Assembly (NCBI GenBank): GCA_964291405.2
Contig: OZ219926.1
Span: 3,456,001 to 3,520,000 of the forward strand
Length of the DNA: 64,000 nucleotides
Source: Thermodesulfobacteriota bacterium
Lineage (GTDB): Bacteria; Desulfobacterota; Binatia; Bin18
Direction of reading: 5' to 3'
Part shown: one piece after another, positions 58,186 to 64,000 of the stretch
Numbering within the stretch: position 1 is the first letter of the stretch
Layout: the number at the start of each line of letters is the position of its first letter
Program-made: the position numbers and the translations under genes
Notes under the pieces: model-generated
The model's input: the letters and a program-made list of their open reading frames with translations, nothing else
What the model was told of the DNA's origin: nothing
Database searches by the model: none

Positions 58186-59235
58186 ATGTCACTCTCAATC
58201 AGCCAGACCAATACAATGGTGAGTCTGTTTCGGCAGGAGCTTGAACTGTGCAAAGTCAAGCCGGGAGAAACCGTTGCGGTTCTGTCAGAGGCGGAACAAG
58301 CGGTTGAGTACGCCTCGGCGTTTATGATCGCCGCGCGCGAGCTGGGGGTGGATGTGTTCAACGTCAACCTGCCGGCGCGGGGCGCGGGCGGAGCGCAGAA
58401 CGTGGCCGGCGATGTGGGTCAGAACGCTCTGGCCGGGAACGGGCCGGCCATCGAGGCCCTCAAAAGCGCGGACCTTGTCGTGGACCTCATCTTTCTGCTG
58501 TTTTCAAAAGAACAGCTGGAGATTCAGGCTGCGGACACCCGCATCCTGCTGGTGGTTGAACCCTTTGAGGTTCTGTCGCGTCTCTTTCCCACTCAGGCAC
58601 TGCGCGAGCGTGTCGAGGCCGCGGAAGCGCGTTTGGCCAAGGCCCAAAACCTCCGCTTTACCAATCCGGCCGGAACGGACGTGCAGTACGAGTTGGGGCA
58701 ATTCCCGATTCTGACCGAATACGGCTTCACGGACACTCCCGGTCGCTGGGACCACTGGCCGGGCGGATTTCTGGCGACCCAGGGCAGTGAGACCGGGGTC
58801 AACGGTACGGTCGTCATGGACCGCGGCGATATTCTGTTTCCGTTCAATAAATATGTCCAGGAGCCGATCATCTTTACCATTCGAGACGGCATGATCGTTG
58901 ATATCGACGGCGGCTTTGACGCCATGCTGGTGAAGAACTATATGGACGGCTTTCACGACCCTCGGGCGTTTGCCATCTCGCACATCGGCTGGGGCCTCAA
59001 CGATCTCGCGCGCTGGGATTACCTCGCCACCGGCGCTCCCACGGTTGGCATGGACGGGCGGGCCTTTTACGGCAACGTTCTGTTCTCGACCGGTCCCAAC
59101 ACCGAACTCGGTGGGAGCAACGACACGGCCTGTCATATGGACCTACCCATGAAAGGCTGTACGCTGTATCTTGATGACGAACTTATTGTACAGGACGGTG
59201 ACGTGATCCCCACAGAGATGCGGGCCGAAGAGTAA
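58186..59235 (+). CDS. NicX-like 2,5-dihydroxypyridine 5,6-dioxygenase family protein
   Basis: ELCKVKPGETVAVL, PGRWDHWP, ISHIGWGLN, DGRAFYGNVLFSTGPN, CHMD. Confidence 0.82.
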   Translation: MSLSISQTNTMVSLFRQELELCKVKPGETVAVLSEAEQAVEYASAFMIAARELGVDVFNVNLPARGAGGAQNVAGDVGQNALAGNGPAIEALKSADLVVDLIFLLFSKEQLEIQAADTRILLVVEPFEVLSRLFPTQALRERVEAAEARLAKAQNLRFTNPAGTDVQYELGQFPILTEYGFTDTPGRWDHWPGGFLATQGSETGVNGTVVMDRGDILFPFNKYVQEPIIFTIRDGMIVDIDGGFDAMLVKNYMDGFHDPRAFAISHIGWGLNDLARWDYLATGAPTVGMDGRAFYGNVLFSTGPNTELGGSNDTACHMDLPMKGCTLYLDDELIVQDGDVIPTEMRAEE

Positions 59236-59281
59236 ACGTGTCCTCCAATAGACGCACAGATGCTGGACACGTTTACTCTTT
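59228..59281. repeat. ~55-bp palindromic element, copy 3, overlapping the stop of the NicX-like gene
   Basis: AAGAGTAAACGTGTCC...GGACACGTTTACTCTT. Confidence 0.8.
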
Positions 59282-59300
59282 ATAAGAAGGAGACAGTTGC

Positions 59301-60479
59301 ATGCGGACCGTAATCGCGGATAAACGCTGGGCGGAGAAATATCCGGAGGTCGGCACCGGCCCGGTTGCGGCCGAGCCGCTGATTTCATCGGAACATTTTG
59401 AGCTCGAACGGGAGAAAATTTTTCGGCGTACCTGGCTGAACATCGGACGGGTCGAGGAGATTCCGAACCCCGGCGATTATATTGCCAAAGACCTGACTAT
59501 GTGTCGCGCCTCGGTCCTGATCATTCGGGGCAAGGACGGTGAGGTCCGGGGCTTTCATAACGTGTGCTCCCACCGCGGCAATAAGCTCGTCTGGGACGAG
59601 AAGGGCTCGTGTAAAGGCACGCTTGCCTGTGGCTTTCACGCCTGGGCGTATAATACCAAGGGCGAACTGACCTGGGTGGCGGATGAAGACAACTTTTTTG
59701 ATCTGCCCAAGTGCGACCTGGGTCTGACCCCGATCCACACCGAGGTGTTTGAAGGCTTTATCTTTATTCATCTGGCCGAGCGCCCACCCGAGAGTCTCCG
59801 AGAATATCTTGGGGGGGTGGCCGACCAGCTTGAGGGTGGTGGCTTTGGTGAACTGGCGCTGGCCAAGCGGTATAGAGTGGACGAGCACGCCAACTGGAAA
59901 ATTGCCCTTGACGCCCAGAACGAGCTGTATCATTTGCCGTTTCAACACCGCCGGACTATTCCCGAGTTCTGCGTGATGAAAGACGGGCAATTCACGCGCC
60001 TGCTCGACGTCCGTCTATTCAATCACCATAGCGTGTATTCGTCAGACCCGCCCGAGGATCGCGTTGGCCCAGCCACCGAAAAGCTGGCCGCCCAGTTCAG
60101 CGTTGCCGAGACCGAATCTCGCCTGCCCCGCATCGGCTCCTTTGATTTTTATACGATCTTTCCCAATACGGCGCTGCTGCTCTTCCGCGGCGTCTCGCAC
60201 GACTTCTATATGACGTATAACTTCTGGCCACAGACGGTCGACCGGACCGACTGGGACATCAAGATCTATTTTCGTCCGGCGGAAAACGCCGGCCAGCGTG
60301 TCGGCCAGGAGTATTTCACCTGCCTGCTCCGGGACCTGCTGCAAGAGGACGCCACCGCCCACGAACAGATTCATATCGGGCTGGCCTCGCGAGCCAAGAA
60401 GGATCTGTATTTCCAGGACGAAGAAATGCAGATTCGGTATTTCCACACCGTACTCGAACGCTTTTACGCTGAGGCGTAG
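59301..60479 (+). CDS. Rieske oxygenase alpha subunit
   Basis: CSHRGNKL...CGFH, NWKIALDAQNELYHLPFQH. Confidence 0.9.
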   Translation: MRTVIADKRWAEKYPEVGTGPVAAEPLISSEHFELEREKIFRRTWLNIGRVEEIPNPGDYIAKDLTMCRASVLIIRGKDGEVRGFHNVCSHRGNKLVWDEKGSCKGTLACGFHAWAYNTKGELTWVADEDNFFDLPKCDLGLTPIHTEVFEGFIFIHLAERPPESLREYLGGVADQLEGGGFGELALAKRYRVDEHANWKIALDAQNELYHLPFQHRRTIPEFCVMKDGQFTRLLDVRLFNHHSVYSSDPPEDRVGPATEKLAAQFSVAETESRLPRIGSFDFYTIFPNTALLLFRGVSHDFYMTYNFWPQTVDRTDWDIKIYFRPAENAGQRVGQEYFTCLLRDLLQEDATAHEQIHIGLASRAKKDLYFQDEEMQIRYFHTVLERFYAEA

Positions 60480-60537
60480 CCTCCCTACCTTTGGGGGGCC
60501 GACCGAGCGGAGCGAGGGAGAGGGGATAAAATAAACC

Positions 60538-60867
60538 GTGGCTGCACAGACACTGCCCGCCGAGTTTGCCGACCTTGAGCCTTTTATCGACTGGGCGCTC
60601 GCCACGGAACGCGAGCGGACCAGCAAGCGCCTGGCCAGCAGCATGGAAGAGATCCAGGCCTTCTACGACCATATGTCTACGCGTGTGGAAGCCGCTGCGG
60701 CATATCTGAACGCCTTTCCGCTCGCCGCCCTGCCGCCCGAAGCGGAGCGGCTGTTCCAGATGAGTCTGTCCTTAATGGAGGTAGCCAACGCCGTGGAGAT
60801 GTTTCAAAACCCAGCCGTGATCAATGGCTTTGATGTCAAGCGCTTTGCGCCAGTGGAGGATGTATGA
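60538..60867 (+). CDS. Small helical hypothetical protein
   Basis: LPAEFADLEPFIDWALATERER..KRLASSMEEIQAFYD; operonic with Rieske and VOC genes. Confidence 0.75.
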   Translation: MAAQTLPAEFADLEPFIDWALATERERTSKRLASSMEEIQAFYDHMSTRVEAAAAYLNAFPLAALPPEAERLFQMSLSLMEVANAVEMFQNPAVINGFDVKRFAPVEDV

Positions 60868-61331
60868 AATCCGAGTGCCCGATTCAATTTCACGGTATCG
60901 ATCATGTCGTGCTGCAAGTCACGGATGTCGAAAAAACCTTGCACTTCTATACGACGGTCCTGGGGCTGAGCGTCGAGCGGGTCATCGAGGACATGGGGCT
61001 GTACCAGGTCCGGTGCGGCCGCAATCTGATCGACCTGCGGGTTCTGCCGGAAGGGAGCACGCTGGCGGAGAAAGACCAGCGAGGGGTCGATCATGTCTGC
61101 CTGCATATGCACGGTGATTTTGACGCCATTGTCCAGTATCTGAAGGACAACGCCGTGCCGATCACCTTCGGACCCGTCGAGCTGTACGGCGCGACCGGCT
61201 ATGGCACCTCGGTCTACGTCACCGACCCGAACGGCCATACCCTTGAGCTGAAGGCGGACTATTCCCAGTACCCGCTCAAGACGACTGTCAAAGGTGCGAT
61301 GGCTGGGGTATCGAGACCGGCCGCCAACTAG
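60864..61331 (+). CDS. VOC/glyoxalase family protein
   Basis: GIDHVVLQVTD..FYTTVLG, DHVCL, SVYVTDPNGHTLEL. Confidence 0.9.
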   Translation: MKSECPIQFHGIDHVVLQVTDVEKTLHFYTTVLGLSVERVIEDMGLYQVRCGRNLIDLRVLPEGSTLAEKDQRGVDHVCLHMHGDFDAIVQYLKDNAVPITFGPVELYGATGYGTSVYVTDPNGHTLELKADYSQYPLKTTVKGAMAGVSRPAAN

Positions 61332-61379
61332 ATCGCGCAAAGACTTGGCGTAGAGCGTATTCCGAGGAGGGCCGGCCGT

Positions 61380-62435
61380 ATGTTGCAACCCAACCCGACG
61401 TTGACCGCCTTGTTTGCCCAAGAGTTCGCCTGGTGCCAGGTGCAGCCCGGCCAGACCGCGGCGATTCTGACCGAACCGGACTCGTCTGCGCAGTATCTGG
61501 CGGCGAGTTTGACGAGTCTGAGCGCCTGCGGGGCGCGGCCGTTTCAGCTCATGCTGCCCATTGACCCGACGCAGCAAAACGACACTGCGGTGAACCGGGG
61601 CAATGCCTGTTCCACGCTCCTGCAAGGATTTCCCGAGGTGGTTGAGATGCTGAAGCAGGTTGACTTCATCGTCGACCTCTCGGTCGAAGGGCTGATTCAC
61701 TCCGAGGAGCGCGGCGAGATTCTCAAGCACGGCCCGCGCATGCTCTACATCCGAGAACCCGCGGACGCTCTCGCTCGTCTGCTGCCAACCACGGAGCGGA
61801 CACAGCGCGTCGACCGGGCGGTTGCACATGCCAAGGACGCAAAAACAATGACGGTGACCTCACCGGCGGGCACGGGCCTGCGTGTTGACCTGGCGGGCAG
61901 TCTGGTGACCGGCTCACGCGGGTTTTGCGCCGAGCCGGGAAGTTGGGCCAACTGGGGGCAAGGGCTGATCGCCGCCTTTCCGGCCTCATCAGATGTGAAT
62001 GGGTTGGCCGTGTTAGCTCCCGGCGATATTGTCTTCCCCTTTTATAAATACGTCGAAAGCCCGGCCCATCTATACTTCACCGACGGGTTTGTGACCGGGG
62101 TGGAAGGCAGCGGCGTCGATGCGGCGTTGATCCGTGATTATCTGGACCGCTGGGACGATCGGGCCGCCCGCGGCATTTCTCATGTGGGCTGGGGGATGCA
62201 CGAGAAGGCGCTTTGGCACGCCCTCAGTCTGTACAGCAAAGATGAAGCGATCGGCGTTGACGGACGCGCGTTTGCGGGCAACTTCCTCTTGTCCACGGGT
62301 CCGAACCCGGCGGCGGGCCGGCATACGTTGTGCCATTTCGATATCCCGATGCGAAACTGTAGCGTGTTCCTTGATGGTCAACCGGTTGTGGAAAACGGTG
62401 CTATCGTCGAGCCGACGCTCAAGCCGAACGCCTGA
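61380..62435 (+). CDS. NicX-like dioxygenase family protein
   Basis: CQVQPGQTAAIL, ISHVGWG, DGRAFAGNFLLSTGPN, CHFDIPMR. Confidence 0.8.
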   Translation: MLQPNPTLTALFAQEFAWCQVQPGQTAAILTEPDSSAQYLAASLTSLSACGARPFQLMLPIDPTQQNDTAVNRGNACSTLLQGFPEVVEMLKQVDFIVDLSVEGLIHSEERGEILKHGPRMLYIREPADALARLLPTTERTQRVDRAVAHAKDAKTMTVTSPAGTGLRVDLAGSLVTGSRGFCAEPGSWANWGQGLIAAFPASSDVNGLAVLAPGDIVFPFYKYVESPAHLYFTDGFVTGVEGSGVDAALIRDYLDRWDDRAARGISHVGWGMHEKALWHALSLYSKDEAIGVDGRAFAGNFLLSTGPNPAAGRHTLCHFDIPMRNCSVFLDGQPVVENGAIVEPTLKPNA

Positions 62436-62487
62436 GCCGTACCGGCAGGCGGAACGCTAACAGAGTGCCCGACAGGAGGGGAAGAGC

Positions 62488-63528
62488 ATGGACTTCTCGT
62501 TTTTTATTATCAACCAGACGCCAGACGGCTCTTCCATGAAGCAGATATACGACGAGGGTCTGGAGCAGATCGAATGGGGCGACCGGCTCGGCTATAGTAC
62601 CGTCTTTTTGGCCGAGCACGCCTTTTATCATCACGGCAAACCTTCCCCGCATGTGCTGCTGGGCAATATCGCGGCGCGGACCAAACGTATTCGCCTGGGC
62701 ACGGCGGTCAGCGTCCTGCCGTGGCACAACCCGATTGAGGTCGCTCAGGATTACGCCACGGTCGATCTGCTGTCCGACGGACGGCTGGATTTTGGTGTGG
62801 GCCGGGGCTTGTTCAAGGGCGAGTTCGACGGCTATGGCGTCCCCTGGGGAGAGGCCGAGGAGCGCTTTAACGAGAGTCTGGATATTGTTCTCAAGGCCTG
62901 GACCGGCGAACCCTTTTCGTATGAGGGCCAGTTTTTCAGCATCCCGGAAGTGACCGTGATGCCGAAACCGCTCCAGGAACCGCACCCTCCATTGTGGCAG
63001 CCCTGTTTGAGTCCCTCGACCATGGAAAAAGCCCTGCGGCGGGGGATTACACCTATTCTGGGGGCCTCACTCACCCCCCTGGCCGACCTCAAGCAACTGT
63101 TTGGGCGGCTTGATGCGGCCATGAAAAAGACCGGCCGGACCGACCTGCCGCGGGTCGGTCACCCCTTTGTCTACGTGAGTGATACGACCAAAAGAGCCCA
63201 GGAAGAAGCCCGCCAGGGCATGCAGTGGTTTCTGGACGACTTTGCCATGATGTTTACCCTGCCCGAGGGAGAAAGCTGGCCGGAGACGTATCAGTTCTTC
63301 GAGCCGTGGGCCAAGTATATTCGCTCGTTGAGCTATGACAAAGTGATTGACGAGGATCTGGTCTGGTTTGGCGACCCCGAAACGGTCCGCGCCAGAATCC
63401 GCTGGCTCCGAGACGAATGCAAAGTCTCCCACGTGCTGTTGTTCATGCATTTTGGCGGCATGGAGCACGAGAAGGTCATGAAGTCGATGGAACTGTTTGC
63501 GACCAAGGTCATGCCCGAGTTTCAATAG
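62488..63528 (+). CDS. LLM-class flavin-dependent oxidoreductase (luciferase-like)
   Basis: FLAEHAF, RTKRIRLGTAVSVLPWHNP, DGRLDFGVGRG, PKPLQEPHPP. Confidence 0.9.
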   Translation: MDFSFFIINQTPDGSSMKQIYDEGLEQIEWGDRLGYSTVFLAEHAFYHHGKPSPHVLLGNIAARTKRIRLGTAVSVLPWHNPIEVAQDYATVDLLSDGRLDFGVGRGLFKGEFDGYGVPWGEAEERFNESLDIVLKAWTGEPFSYEGQFFSIPEVTVMPKPLQEPHPPLWQPCLSPSTMEKALRRGITPILGASLTPLADLKQLFGRLDAAMKKTGRTDLPRVGHPFVYVSDTTKRAQEEARQGMQWFLDDFAMMFTLPEGESWPETYQFFEPWAKYIRSLSYDKVIDEDLVWFGDPETVRARIRWLRDECKVSHVLLFMHFGGMEHEKVMKSMELFATKVMPEFQ

Positions 63529-63541
63529 TCAGAGGATATAG

Positions 63542-63571
63542 AGGGCGGGTCACGCGCGGCGAACCCGCCCT
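63542..63571. terminator. GC-rich hairpin between convergent genes (terminator or REP-like)
   Basis: AGGGCGGGT-CACGCGCGGCGA-ACCCGCCCT. Confidence 0.5.
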
Positions 63572-63578
63572 GCGGGAC

Positions 63579-64000
63579 TCACGTCAGATTATACAGCCGG
63601 GCCACATTGTCCCCGAGCACACACTGCTGGGCTTGTGGCGATAACGACGCAATGGCCTCTTTTGTCTCGCCCAGCGCGTCAAGGCTACCGTCCCAGTGCG
63701 GAAAGTCCGAGGCCCACAGAAAGCGCTCGGCGCCATAGCGCTCGGCCATATAGGGGATCGTGGTTTCATCCGGATCAAAGGAGATCCAGCACTGCCGAGC
63801 GAAATACTCGCTCGGCAGATGCTTGAGGCCAGTCTTATAGCCGATTTTTTGGTACTTGGAGTCCCAGCGATCCAAGGCGTGCGGAATCCAGCCGGCGCCG
63901 ACTTCCAGGAGATTCACTTTCAGGCTGGGAAACCGATCGAAGACTGCGCCCTGAAAGAGTGCGGCAAAGGCCGCCTGGACGTCAGCCACGAGCGGCAGAC
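63579..64000 (-). CDS. Amidohydrolase_2 family protein, C-terminal part (runs off window)
   Basis: GAVFDRFPSLK..LEVGAGW, PSEYFARQ, WASDFPHWD, LGDNVARLY. Confidence 0.88.
   Translation of the reverse strand, partial: LPLVADVQAAFAALFQGAVFDRFPSLKVNLLEVGAGWIPHALDRWDSKYQKIGYKTGLKHLPSEYFARQCWISFDPDETTIPYMAERYGAERFLWASDFPHWDGSLDALGETKEAIASLSPQAQQCVLGDNVARLYNLT

Overview
GC-rich bacterial genomic DNA, gene-dense, with no rRNA, tRNA or CRISPR seen. It is dominated by catabolic and uptake genes: five Rieske oxygenase alpha subunits, three NicX/M29-like proteins, three luciferase-like monooxygenases, two amidohydrolases, an amidase, a hydantoinase/oxoprolinase A+B pair, a Mo-hydroxylase large subunit, and ABC, TRAP, OPT, MFS, NCS2 and Nramp-like transporters. 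This repertoire resembles sponge-associated Binatia/Tectomicrobia-type bacteria (inference only). The best candidate for an undescribed system is a two-gene RiPP locus at 25861-27626. It encodes a 65-aa precursor ending in two tandem cores (TDPKPGGNFLSA / TDPKSGGNFLSA, a 39-bp duplication) and a radical SAM/SPASM enzyme with motifs of three-residue cyclophane-forming (XyeB/FxsB-like) maturases. Also notable: a Fur-box-controlled porin/FMN-binding/membrane protein/ApbE operon, an NCS2 permease fused to a degenerate RsbW-like domain, recurring Rieske+NicX-like pairs, a ~55-bp palindromic element in three copies that supplies gene ends, an SRA-HNH nuclease, and several toxin-less antitoxins. Several frameshifts and a scrambled block at ~47.8-49.8 kb look like long-read consensus artefacts. 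All family assignments come from motif recognition by eye; no searches were run.
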